Shown: one piece after another, positions 37,101 to 48,367 of the stretch
How the letters are laid out: each line of letters starts with the position of its first letter
How positions within the stretch are numbered: position 1 is the first letter of the stretch
Assembly (NCBI RefSeq): GCF_032444005.1
Contig: NC_091283.1
Coordinates: 270,878,001 to 270,942,000, forward strand
Length of the DNA: 64,000 bases
Direction: 5' to 3'
DNA from: Ranitomeya imitator
Lineage: Eukaryota
Notes under the pieces: generated by a model
Database searches by the model: none
What the model saw: the letters and a program-made list of their open reading frames with translations, nothing else
Told to the model about the DNA's origin: nothing
Made by a program: the position numbers and the translations under genes

Positions 37101-40100
37101 GTTCCCAAGCCATAATGTTCAGTCTAAGTGGTCTGGAATTGTTGCTGAATTTGCAACATAATCGGTTCAGAGAAGCTGTATTGTCGGCCCATTGCTGTTG
37201 CAGCTGGTGCTGGAATTATTGCAATGATTGACTGCTCGGGAATCCAGCATGTATCATTTCTCACAGGCCAGTGAAAGAAGCTAGCTGGTCCATGAGGATG
37301 CATAAAATTTATTAATGCATCATGTTCGTCGACTGAAATTTCAGAAATATTTCCAATCCACCAGTTCCTAACGTAAATGCAGGCAATGTATTGCCCTGGC
37401 TGGAGGTTTGCAATTGGCACAAAAGGCATTTCTGATCTGACCGATCTATCTACATGGGCAATGAAAGATGATGGGTCGTTTGACACCCTTGAAATGCGAA
37501 TCTTTTTGTCATCAATTGGCACAAACTGGTGATTTTCTCTTGTTCCAGCAATTGTATGTCCATCTTTGAACCTTTCCTCTTGAACTACCCGTATTTCGTC
37601 AATTTTTTCTTTTGGAACAAAAAAAAAAACTTGATTCCTTGCATTTGCTCATTGCAAAAGTTGAATAAATCCACCGGGGTCAGTATTTGGTTTTCAGTTG
37701 GGCGTTGAAGACTGGCACGAGCTGCCAACCTCTTTGCTGTCCCTCCAATCCCATCACAGGACGACTTTCCATGACTGGTACCAAAAAAATTCCATTCAGC
37801 GCTGATATTGAAATCAGCATTGTGGTGGCACAAGTTGAGAAAATGTTTGTACTGGGCTGCAGATCCATCGCTGAAGTAGTGGATATGACGAATCCCATAG
37901 ATGAGAGTCTTGAGATACTCCACAATTACTGTTAAGAAAGTGTGGACTGCAACTGTGTCATGTCGTGAGCAATCGCTGATTATGCACAAGCTGATGTTCT
38001 GCGCAGCTTCACCATTTAACTCCTTGAAGTAAATTACAAATGGGTGCACTGTAGCGTGACTATTTTCAATATGAGGGAAATGTTTGTTGCCTATCGGGAT
38101 CGGAATGGCCCTGAAATTGGATTTTCCAAGTTTTGTGAGCGTCGGCCAAAGTGATGCGTAACCGTTGGATCTGCTGGAACACATTCCGTTTGTGTGAGTA
38201 CCATTCACCAAAATGTCAAACTAATGCTTGCAGCATGCCCAGTCAATGATGATTACAAAGAGCTCATATGCAAAATGCTCTGTGGAATTGAATCCAAGGA
38301 CTGTATGCTAGGCCGTTGTGATAAATGCCCGGGTCCTGAAGTTTTAAAAGAATTTCTAGTCAATGTGTTTGTCAACAGTGACCCTGAAGATATTATTGAG
38401 TTCAAACAATGGATTCACACTGATCGAGACATGCTTGATACCAAACAATTGACTATAGAAGATTTCATTGAAGAATTGGTTTTGAAAATTTCTAAACTAT
38501 GTAGCCATCACTACATCGCCAAGCATCAAAGTTGCTTTCTGAAATCGTTGAAGGAAAATCTGAGACCTGGAGAGCTTGTGATCCTTATGGACTTTGCTGA
38601 AAATTACTCATTTATTGCTCAAGAAGCCATTCAAGGTTTCCACCGGGAAAATAGTCACGCTACAGTACACCCATTTGTAATTTACTTCAAGGAGTTAAAT
38701 GGTGAAGCTGCGCAGAACATCAGCTTGTGCATAATCAGCGATTGCTCACGACATGACACAGTTGCAGTCCACACTTTCTTAACAGTAATTGTGGAGTATC
38801 TCAAGACTCTCATCTATGGGATTCGTCATATCCACTACTTCAGCGATGGATCTGCAGCCCAGTACAAACATTTTCTCAACTTGTGCCACCACAATGCTGA
38901 TTTCAATATCAGCGCTGAATGGAATTTTTTTGGTACCAGTCATGGAAAGTCGCCCTGTGATGGGATTGGAGGGACAGCAAAGAGGTTGGCAGCTCGTGCC
39001 AGTCTTCAACGCCCAACTGAAAACCAAATACTGACCCCGGTGGATTTATTCAACTTTTGCAATGAGCAAATGCAAGGAATCAAGTTTTTTTTTTTGTTCC
39101 AAAAGAAAAAAAAATTGACGAAATACGGGTAGTTCAAGAGGAAAGGTTCAAAGATGGACATACAATTGCTGGAACAAGAGAAAAATCACCAGTTTGTGCC
39201 AATTGATGACAAAAAGATTCGCATTTCAAGGGTGTCAAACGACCCATCATCTTTCATTGCCCATGTAGATAGATCGGTCAGATCAGAAATGCCTTTTGTG
39301 CCAATTGCAAACCTCCAGCCAGGGCAATACATTGCCTGCATTTACGATAGGAACTGGTGGACTGGAAATATTTCTGAAATTTCAGTCGACGAGCATGATG
39401 CATTAATACATTTTATGCATCCTCATGGACCAGCTAGCTTCTTTCACTGGCCTGTGAGAAATGATACATGCTGGATTCCCGAGCAGTCAATCATTGCAAT
39501 AATTCCAGCACCAGCTGCAACAGCAATGGGCCGACAATACAGCTTCTCTGAACCGATTATGTTGCAAATTCAGCAACAATTCCAGACCACTTAGACTGAA
39601 CATTATGGCTTGGGAACCAGCAAAAGATACCCAATATTAGGCTTGGGATCCTAGGCAAAGACACCCACCCTCAGGCTTCGGAACCTGCGATAAAGAGACC
39701 GCCCGAGGCTCGCCTTACACGGCTATCGGCCATGGCTCCTAGGCGAAGGGGCTGCCAATTCTCGAAAGACAGCATTATTACAATTCTTAATAGGATTATA
39801 ATACCAATTCTTAGGGAATTGGTTGTGGTATAACCACCATGGACCAACGCAAGGGTTTGAATAGTGTACTTACCATTCATTGCGTATTAATAAATAACAC
39901 CATGTTCAGTGGCATTTTTCATTTCTTAAACTGAGAGACTCCAAAAAAACAAACAATGATCCTTGTAGAGAAAAATGTGCTCTTTCTAATGATATCAGAA
40001 TTAATATATTTTAGGGGTACCCTTTTTGAGAAATTTGACCTAAAAATAGGTAAAATTCGTTTTTTTTAGGTTTTTCATCATATGTGGGTGTGAATATTTC

Positions 40101-40907
40101 CACAAATACATATGCTTTGACCGTGATATTGCAGCAATGCAAAGTCATGTAGATGTTTGGTGTACAGGGCAAAGCACCAGTTACTATTGGTTTTTGGTCT
40201 TGAGTTATATATGGGCAAAGTTCGGCTTAAATTTTATGCGACGCGTTTTTCAAGCTATTTTGACACAAAATTGCGGCCGAAATATTGTTTTGTCATAGCC
40301 GGTAATAATTTTATCCTATTTAGCACCAAAAGTTGAGCTAGTATGCCTAATTTCAGCATCATAGCCAGTATAGAACTCTAATGGCTATGTGCCAAAGTTT
40401 GCAAAATCCTCTTAGCTGAAGCCGCAGGCTTGGTGGAACCTCCAGTGAAAGGTCAACAGTGCCCAATGTATTTGAGATCTGGCCCTAAAAATGTACAGAA
40501 CCTCTTTTCAAACATACATGTACATCCTTATAAATTTTCAGCAAAATCGGAGAAGGTCAAGTGGGGACCACTGGTCCACTTGACATGGAATTACCCAACT
40601 ACTATAATACTGCTCCCTATGTACAAGAATATAACTACTATAATACTGCCCCCTATGTACAAGAATATAACTACTATAATACTGCCTCTATGTACAAGAA
40701 TATAACTACTATAATACTGCCCTTATGTACAAGAATATAACTACTATAATACTGCTCCTATGTACAAGAATATAACTATAATAATAATCTTTATTTTTAT
40801 ATAGCGCTAACATATTCCGCAGCGCTTTACAGTTTTGCACACATTATCATCACTGTCCCCGATGGGGCTCACAATCTAGATTCCCTATCAGTATGTCTTT
40901 GGAATGT

Positions 40908-40938
<31 letters not shown>

Positions 40939-41664
40939 ACGCAAACACGGAGAGAACATACAAACTCTTTGCAGATGTTGTCCTGGGTGGGATTAGAACC
41001 CAGGACCCCAGCGCTGCAAGGCTGCTGTGCTAACCACTGCGCCACCGTGCAACTACTATAATACTGCTCCTATGTACAAGTATGTACAAGAATATAACTA
41101 CTATAATATACTACAATATAACTTCTATAATACTGTTATTTATGAGTAAGCCCATACTGGCACTGCAAGTGGTGAGTGACTTGCCGACTGCTCCGGTTCT
41201 GGGTGGATGGGACTTGTGGAAGAAGTGTGGGAGAACGGCTGCTCCGTCTTCAGCGGCGGGGTGATGCAGGAGGTGTTGGTCCCGCTGGCGGACGGAGTCG
41301 GTGATGAAGAGTCGTAGTCGCACTCTTCAGTTTTGATGTGGACTATCCTGGAGTCTAATGTCGGAGATGAAAGTGAAGGCCGCTGGATTATCAGTGTGGG
41401 GGTCGCATCCTTCTTCAGGACCCTGCGCCCGTCCACCATCGTGTAGCTCTCCGGGGAGAAGTGGCAAGAACACATCCGGTACAAGGATTTTGATTTGTCA
41501 TCTAGGATTTTCTGGGAAATTTCCTCCACTTCTTGGAAGTTGAGTCCGGTCTGCAGGAGCCAAGTCTTGATGTGGTCGCTGTTGTCTGGGAATGGATGCA
41601 GTGTCACGCCGGGGACATCGCTCCTCCAGGTTATCGGACATTCCTTGACAATACAAGACGTCAT
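30426..41664 (-). CDS. 2xTHAP + KRAB-A-like + 6xC2H2 zinc-finger gene, predicted 790 aa; exons 41664-41185, 33589-32774, 31882-31769, 31553-31506, 31432-31291, 31198-30426
   Basis: Splice phases are consistent (0,0,0,0,1) and 480+816+114+48+142+773=2373 nt is open. It has two THAP signatures (CxxxxC..H.FP..W..CxxHF..A.PT), VPVKCDDIAMYFSTEEW, and six C2H2 fingers including a TGEKP linker. The first intron needs a GC donor. Confidence 0.75.
31920..32735. repeat. 36-bp minisatellite (ggggtgcagcgtccatatggccgtgtatatagtccg), intronic
   Basis: Visible period. Confidence 0.95.
32774..33589 (-). CDS. Second THAP-domain exon
   Basis: Acceptor tttcctccgcag|ggt; RCIVTDCP...VHVFP...WL...MCADHFSP...LKPDAVPTIF; donor atg|gtaagt. 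Confidence 0.85.
34413..35175. mobile_element. Palindromic Penelope-like insertion nested in the MITE
   Basis: 14-bp TSD tgactcgagtataa (34399-34412, 35176-35189); inverted arms 34413-34602 and 34853-35043; hammerhead in the spacer. Confidence 0.75.
34791..34831 (-). ncRNA. Minimal type I hammerhead ribozyme, U3:A8 variant
   Basis: Minus strand reads cccct-TTGAAAA-a-gc-tattaac-gc-GAAA-cgcgcg-TC-agggg. Stem III is a perfect palindrome (ACGCGCGT) and the cleavage triplet is GUC. Confidence 0.7.
36115..40596 (+). mobile_element. Sola2-like DNA transposon derivative with about 1.95-kb inverted arms
   Basis: GGG...CCC termini with 4-bp TSD AACT (36111-36114, 40597-40600). Transposase motifs IGFSKFC, MDFAENY, YFSDG..AQYK and TSHGKSPCDGIGGTAKR. 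Arms at 36115-38067 and 38647-40596. The superfamily call is from recalled motif and terminus rules. Confidence 0.75.
38071..39594 (+). pseudogene. 5'-truncated, frameshifted DDE transposase
   Basis: ORFs 38194-39132 and 39154-39594, plus an upstream stretch with an in-frame stop near 38153. Confidence 0.8.
40779..41050 (-). mobile_element. tRNA-derived SINE (V-SINE-like core) with L2 3' tail
   Basis: A box tggcgcagtgg, B box ggttctaatcc, core gtttgcgtgggtttcctccggg. The tail matches the L2 3' end at 14786-14850. Apparent TSD aacta. Confidence 0.85.
41185..41664 (-). CDS. First coding exon, THAP domain 1
   Basis: Acceptor gtttcttgcag|gATG; MTSCIVKECP...TLHPFP...WL...MCSCHFSPESY...KKDATPTL; inferred donor tcg|gcaagt. 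Confidence 0.8.
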
Positions 41665-41904
41665 CCTGCAAGAAACACAAAAGGCCAAAGCATTGGAGAC
41701 GGCACTGGCACCTGTATAATACATATAATGGATGATGACACGGCTGCATTAGTCCTGGCACCCCTATAATACATATAATGGATGATGACACTGGTTGGTG
41801 TTCACACATGTATAAAAGATGTTGTGTGCACAGGTCCAAAGACTCTGCAAGAAAGAAATGGGGAGGTTAGGACGACCGCAGGTAGGGGAATGGGGGGGGG
41901 GGGG

Positions 41905-43935
41905 TGTTTCAGTAAAGAGGAGAAGGGACAAGGCCGGCAGGAGGTAATGTGAGGGGTCAGTAAAGAGGAGAAGGGACAAGGCCGGCAGGAGGTAATGTGA
42001 GGGGTCAGTAAAGAGCAGAAGGGACAAGGCCGGCAGGAGGTAATGTGAGGGGTCAGTAAAGAGGAGAAGGGACGAGGCCAGCAGGAGGTAATGTGAGGGG
42101 TCAGTAAAGAGGAGAAGGGACAAGGCCGGCAGGAGGTAATGTGAGGGGTCAGTAAAGAGCAGAAGGGACAAGGCCGGCAGGAGGTAATGTGAGGGGTCAG
42201 TAAAGAGCAGAAGGGACAAGGCCGGCAGCAGGCAATGTGAGGGGTCAGTAAAGAGGAGAAGGGACAAGGCCGGCAGCAGGCAATGTGAGGGGTCAGTAAA
42301 GAGGAGAAGGGACGAGGCCGGCAGGAGGTAATGTGAGGGGTCAGTAAAGAGGAGAAGGGACAAGGCCGGCAGGAGGTAATGTGAGGGGTCAGTAAAGAGG
42401 AGAAGGGACGAGGCCGGCAGGAGGTAATGTGAGGGGTCAGTAAAGAGGAGAAGGGACAAGGCCGGCAGCAGGCAATGTGAGGGGTCAGTAAAGAGGAGAA
42501 GGGACGAGGCCAGCAGGAGGTAATGTGAGGGGTCAGTAAAGAGGAGAAGGGACAAGGCCGGCAGGAGGTAATGTGAGGGGTCAGTAAAGAGCAGAAGGGA
42601 CAAGGCCGGCAGGAGGTAATGTGAGGGGTCAGTAAAGAGCAGAAGGGACAAGGCCGGCAGCAGGCAATGTGAGGGGTCAGTAAAGAGGAGAAGGGACAAG
42701 GCCGGCAGCAGGCAATGTGAGGGGTCAGTAAAGAGGAGAAGGGACGAGGCCGGCAGGAGGTAATGTGAGGGGTCAGTAAAGAGGAGAAGGGACAAGGCCG
42801 GCAGGAGGTAATGTGAGGGGTCAGTAAAGAGGAGAAGGGACGAGGCCGGCAGCAGGCAATGTGAGGGGTCAGTAAAGAGGAGAAGGGACGAGGCCGGCAG
42901 GAGGTAATGTGAGGGGTCAGTAAAGAGGAGAAGGGACAAGGCCGGCAGGAGGTAATGTGAGGGGTCAGTAAAGAGGAGAAGGGACGAGGCCGGCAGGAGG
43001 TAATGTGAGGGGTCAGTAAAGAGGAGAAGGGACAAGGCCGGCAGCAGGCAATGTGAGGGGTCAGTAAAGAGGAGAAGGGACGAGGCCAGCAGGAGGTAAT
43101 GTGAGGGGTCAGTAAAGAGGAGAAGGGACAAGGCCGGCAGGAGGTAATGTGAGGGGTCAGTAAAGAGCAGAAGGGACAAGGCCGGCAGGAGGTAATGTGA
43201 GGGGTCAGTAAAGAGCAGAAGGGACAAGGCCGGCAGCAGGCAATGTGAGGGGTCAGTAAAGAGGAGAAGGGACAAGGCCGGCAGCAGGCAATGTGAGGGG
43301 TCAGTAAAGAGGAGAAGGGACGAGGCCGGCAGGAGGTAATGTGAGGGGTCAGTAAAGAGGAGAAGGGACAAGGCCGGCAGGAGGTAATGTGAGGGGTCAG
43401 TAAAGAGGAGAAGGGACGAGGCCGGCAGGAGGTAATGTGAGGGGTCAGTAAAGAGGAGAAGGGACAAGGCCGGCAGCAGGCAATGTGAGGGGTCAGTAAA
43501 GAGGAGAAGGGACGAGGCCAGCAGGAGGTAATGTGAGGGGTCAGTAAAGAGGAGAAGGGACAAGGCCGGCAGGAGGTAATGTGAGGGGTCAGTAAAGAGC
43601 AGAAGGGACAAGGCCGGCAGGAGGTAATGTGAGGGGTCAGTAAAGAGCAGAAGGGACAAGGCCGGCAGCAGGCAATGTGAGGGGTCAGTAAAGAGGAGAA
43701 GGGACAAGGCCGGCAGCAGGCAATGTGAGGGGTCAGTAAAGAGGAGAAGGGACGAGGCCGGCAGGAGGTAATGTGAGGGGTCAGTAAAGAGGAGAAGGGA
43801 CAAGGCCGGCAGGAGGTAATGTGAGGGGTCAGTAAAGAGGAGAAGGGACGAGGCCGGCAGGAGGTAATGTGAGGGGTCAGTAAAGAGGAGAAGGGACAAG
43901 GCCGGCAGCAGGCAATGTGAGGGGTCAGTAAAGGA
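41905..43935. repeat. 48-bp purine-rich minisatellite, about 42 copies, with 9-unit higher-order structure
   Basis: Unit cagtaaagaggagaagggacaaggccggcaggaggtaatgtgaggggt. Confidence 0.95.
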
Positions 43936-43953
43936 GAGAACAGCTGCGCTCAC

Positions 43954-44010
43954 CTTCATAAATGTCAGTGAAATCTACAGATCTGGATCCACAGATGACG
44001 CTGCAGAGTC
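43954..44010 (-). other. Candidate 5' UTR exon of the minus-strand THAP gene
   Basis: Acceptor ttctctttacag|gac and donor gaag|gtgagc; 57 nt. Confidence 0.45.
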
Positions 44011-44076
44011 CTGTAAAGAGAAGATTCGGTTACGGTGGCACAAGACCAGCAGAGAATGGCAGCCGTGGCTCCTTAA

Positions 44077-45352
44077 CCCCTTACCGGCATCGGACGTACT
44101 ATACCGTCCGATGCCGGCTCCCCTGCTTTGATGCAGGTGAGCCCGCATCAAAGCCGGGACATGTCAGCTGTTTTGAACAGCTGACATGTGCCCGTAATAG
44201 GCGCGGGCAGAATCGCGATCTGCCCGCACCTATTAACTAGTTAAATGCCGCTGTCAAACGCAGACAGCGGCATTTAACTACCGCTTCCGGCCGGGCGGCC
44301 GGAAATGACATCATCGCCGACCCCCGTCACATGATCGGGGGTCGGCGATGCTTGTATATTGTAACCATAGAGGTCCTAGAGACCTCTATGGTTACTGATC
44401 ACCGGTGGCTGTGAGCGCCACCCTGTGGTCGGCGCTCACAGCACACCTCCATTTCTGCTACATAGCAGCGATCAGCAGATTGCTGCTATGTAGCAGAGGC
44501 GATCGCGTTGTGCCTGCTTCTAGCCTCCCATGGAGGCTATTGAAGCATGGCAAAAGTAAAAAAAAAAAAAAGTTTAAAAAAAATGTGAAAAAAATAAAAA
44601 ACATAAAAGTTTAAATCACCCCCCTTTCTCCCCAATCAAAATAAATCAATAAAAAAAATATCAAATCTACGCATGTTTGGTATCGCCGCGCTCAGAATCG
44701 CCCGATCTATCAATTAAAAAAAAGTATTAACCTGATCGCTAAACAGCGTAGCGGGAAAAAAATTCGAAACACCAGAATTACGTTTTTTTGGTCGCCGCGA
44801 CATTGCATTAAAATGCAATAACGGGCGATAAAAAGAACGTATCTGCACCGAAATGCTATCATTAAAAACGTCATCTCGGCACGCAAAAAATAAGCCCTCA
44901 ACCGACCCCAGATCATGAAAAATGGATACGCTACGAGTATCGGAAAATGGCGCAATTTTATTTTTTTTTTTTAGCAAAGTTTGGAATTTTTTTTCACCAC
45001 TTATATAAAAAATAACCTAGTCATGTTAGGTGTCTATGAACTCGTACTGACCTGGAGAATCATAATGGCAGGTCAGTTTTAGCATTTAGTGAACCTAGCA
45101 AAAAAGCCAAACAAAAAAACAATGTGGGATTGCACTTTTTTTGCAATTTCACCGCACTTGGAATTTTTTTCCCGTTTTCTAGTACACGACATGCTAAAAC
45201 CAATGATGTCGTTCAAAAGTACAACTCGTCCAGCAAAAAATAAGCCCTCACATGGCCAAATTGACAGAAAAATAAAAAAAGTTATGGCTCTGGGAAGGAG
45301 GGGAGCGAAAAACGAACACGGAAAAACGAAAAATCCCCCGGTCATGAAGGGG
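44077..45352. mobile_element. piggyBac-type non-autonomous element
   Basis: TTAA|CCCCTT...AAGGGG|TTAA (TSD 44073-44076, 45353-45356); internal hairpins; no transposase. Confidence 0.8.
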
Positions 45353-45519
45353 TTAATAATGGTGTCGGCCACGGATCTTGCGGTTCACCATTTCTTTATT
45401 AATCCAGATGTCCTGGTGATTCCTGGAGCAGAAGCGCTGGTGTCTGGTGCTGTATGTACACCCATCATCAAAGCACCCCATACTGGGGGCGCACAGCGCT
45501 GCACCACGGCCCTCCGCAC

Positions 45520-45645
45520 AGACCACCGACCGGCAGAAAGGAGACCACCGACCGGCAGAAAGGAGACCACCGACCGGCAGAAAGGAGACCACCGACCGGC
45601 AGAAAGGAGACCACCGACCGGCAGAAAGGAGACCACCGACCGGCA
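45520..45645. repeat. 22-bp tandem repeat (gagaccaccgaccggcagaaag), about 5 copies
   Basis: Visible period. Confidence 0.9.
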
Positions 45646-45721
45646 CAGAGACTTTCAGCATTCAAAAGAAATTACTGACATCTGATTGTTTGCTGTGGGC
45701 ATCACATATAAGGGATAAATT

Positions 45722-47822
45722 AACGGCTGCATTAGTCCTGGCACCCCTATAATACATATAATGGATGATGACACGGCTGCATTAGTCCTGGCACCCCTAT
45801 AATACATATAATGGATGATGACACGGCTGCATTAGTCCTGGCACCCCTATAATACATATAATGGATGATGACACGGCTGCATTAGTCCTGGCACCCCTAT
45901 AATACATATAATGGAGGATGACACGGCTGCATTAGTCCTAGCACCCCTATAATACATATAATGGAGGATGACACGGCTGCATTAGTCCTGGCACCCCTAT
46001 AATACATATAATGGAGGATGACACGGCTGCATTAGTCCTGGCACCCCTATAATACATATAATGGAGGATGACACGGCTGCATTAGTCCTGGCACCCCTAT
46101 AATACATATAATGGATGATGACACGGCTGCATTAGTCCTAGCACCCCTATAATACATATAATGGATGATGACACGGCTGCATTAGTCCTGGCACCCCTAT
46201 AATACATATAATGGAGGATGACACGGCTGCATTAGTCCTGGCACCCCTATAATACATATAATGGATGATGACACGGCTGCATTAGTCCTAGCACCCCTAT
46301 AATACATATAATGGATGATGACACGGCTGCATTAGTCCTGGCACCCCTATAATACATATAATGGATGATGACACGGCTGCATTAGTCCTGGCACCCCTAT
46401 AATACATATAATGGAGGATGACACGGCTGCATTAGTCCTAGCACCCCTATAATACATATAATGGAGGATGACACGGCTGCATTAGTCCTGGCACCCCTAT
46501 AATACATATAATGGAGGATGACACGGCTGCATTAGTCCTGGCACCCCTATAATACATATAATGGAGGATGACACGGCTGCATTAGTCCTGGCACCCCTAT
46601 AATACATATAATGGATGATGACACGGCTGCATTAGTCCTGGCACCCCTATAATACATATAATGGAGGATGACACGGCTGCATTAGTCCTAGCACCCCTAT
46701 AATACATATAATGGATGATGACACGGCTGCATTAGTCCTGGCACCCCTATAATACATATAATGGATGATGACACGGCTGCATTAGTCCTAGCACCCCTAT
46801 AATACATATAATGGATGATGACACGGCTGCATTAGTCCTGGCACCCCTATAATACATATAATGGATGATGACACGGCTGCATTAGTCCTGGCACCCCTAT
46901 AATACATATAATGGATGATGACACGGCTGCATTAGTCCTGGCACCCCTATAATACATATAATGGAGGATGACACGGCTGCATTAGTCCTGGCACCCCTAT
47001 AATACATATAATGGAGGATGACACGGCTGCATTAGTCCTGGCACCCCTATAATACATATAATGGAGGATGACACGGCTGCATTAGTCCTGGCACCCCTAT
47101 AATACATATAATGGAGGATGACACGGCTGCATTAGTCCTGGCACCCCTATAATACATATAATGGATGATGACACGGCTGCATTAGTCCTGGCACCCCTAT
47201 AATACATATAATGGAGGATGACACGGCTGCATTAGTCCTGGCACCCCTATAATACATATAATGGAGGATGACACGGCTGCATTAGTCCTGGCACCCCTAT
47301 AATACATATAATGGATGATGACACGGCTGCATTAGTCCTAGCACCCCTATAATACATATAATGGATGATGACACGGCTGCATTAGTCCTGGCACCCCTAT
47401 AATACATATAATGGAGGATGACACGGCTGCATTAGTCCTGGCACCCCTATAATACATATAATGGATGATGACACGGCTGCATTAGTCCTGGCACCCCTAT
47501 AATACATATAATGGAGGATGACACGGCTGCATTAGTCCTGGCACCCCTATAATACATATAATGGAGGATGACACGGCTGCATTAGTCCTGGCACCCCTAT
47601 AATACATATAATGGATGATGACACGGCTGCATTAGTCCTGGCACCCCTATAATACATATAATGGATGATGACACGGCTGCATTAGTCCTGGCACCCCTAT
47701 AATACATATAATGGAGGATGACACGGCTGCATTAGTCCTGGCACCCCTATAATACATATAATGGAGGATGACACGGCTGCATTAGTCCTGGCACCCCTAT
47801 AATACATATAATGGAGGATGAC
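45722..47822. repeat. 50-bp minisatellite, about 42 copies (about 2 related copies at 41700-41795)
   Basis: Unit acacggctgcattagtcctggcacccctataatacatataatggatgatg. Confidence 0.95.
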
Positions 47823-47991
47823 ACAGCCGCAGCACCATTTTCATGCCTTTCTCACATCTAGTACACTGATAGCACCAGACAGCCATGTTTCCTCCAAACA
47901 CAGCACGCCGGTAAACACAGGAGTAACGACGGACAATGACCCCGGTCACACCTCCGCCCCCACACTCAGGACTCAGCCGCGGACACGTTAC

Positions 47992-48335
47992 CTGCCCTCA
48001 GACACTAACGAGCAGCCAGGACCGAACAACACTCTGCAGAACTGCTGATTGGCTGCGGCAGCGCCGTGACGTCACCGCGCCCAACGGCTAACCGCTAGGA
48101 CTTGTGGGAAATATGAGGTTTCTTTTGCTTATAAGATCCCTGGATGTGATTGGCTGCGGTCAGTGACGTCATTCCGCTTCATGGCGCGTACACTCTGCTG
48201 ACAGGGGCGCTGAACTACAACTCCCAGAAGTCTATGCACGGATCAGGGAACCTAATGATGACGTAACTCATTACTAACCAATAATCAGGGAGCAGCGCTT
48301 ACAACCGTGTTATTAGTAGCGCGCGTCTCTGAGAG
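47992..48335. promoter_or_regulatory. Bidirectional promoter with divergent first exons
   Basis: Outward-facing donors: minus cag|gtaacg at 47991 and plus gag|gtgagt at 48336. Two TGACGTCA sites, CCAAT boxes on both strands, and ACTACAACTCCCAG at 48214-48227. Confidence 0.7.
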
Positions 48336-48367
48336 GTGAGTGGCGGCCGCTTGTGATAATCGGTATA

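Larger units (their letters stand above)
33765..41140. repeat. 35-36-bp AT-rich minisatellite (tatgtacaagaatataactactataatactgcccc), broken into four pieces by nested insertions
   Basis: Units at 33765-34319, 36079-36114, 40597-40778 and 41051-41140. Confidence 0.9.

Noticed and set aside
40990-41050. tRNA gene
   Set aside because: The A and B boxes belong to the SINE head; there is no complete cloverleaf.
41764-43959. 731-aa leucine-rich ORF resembling a membrane protein
   Set aside because: Translation of the 48-bp array, which lies in an intron.
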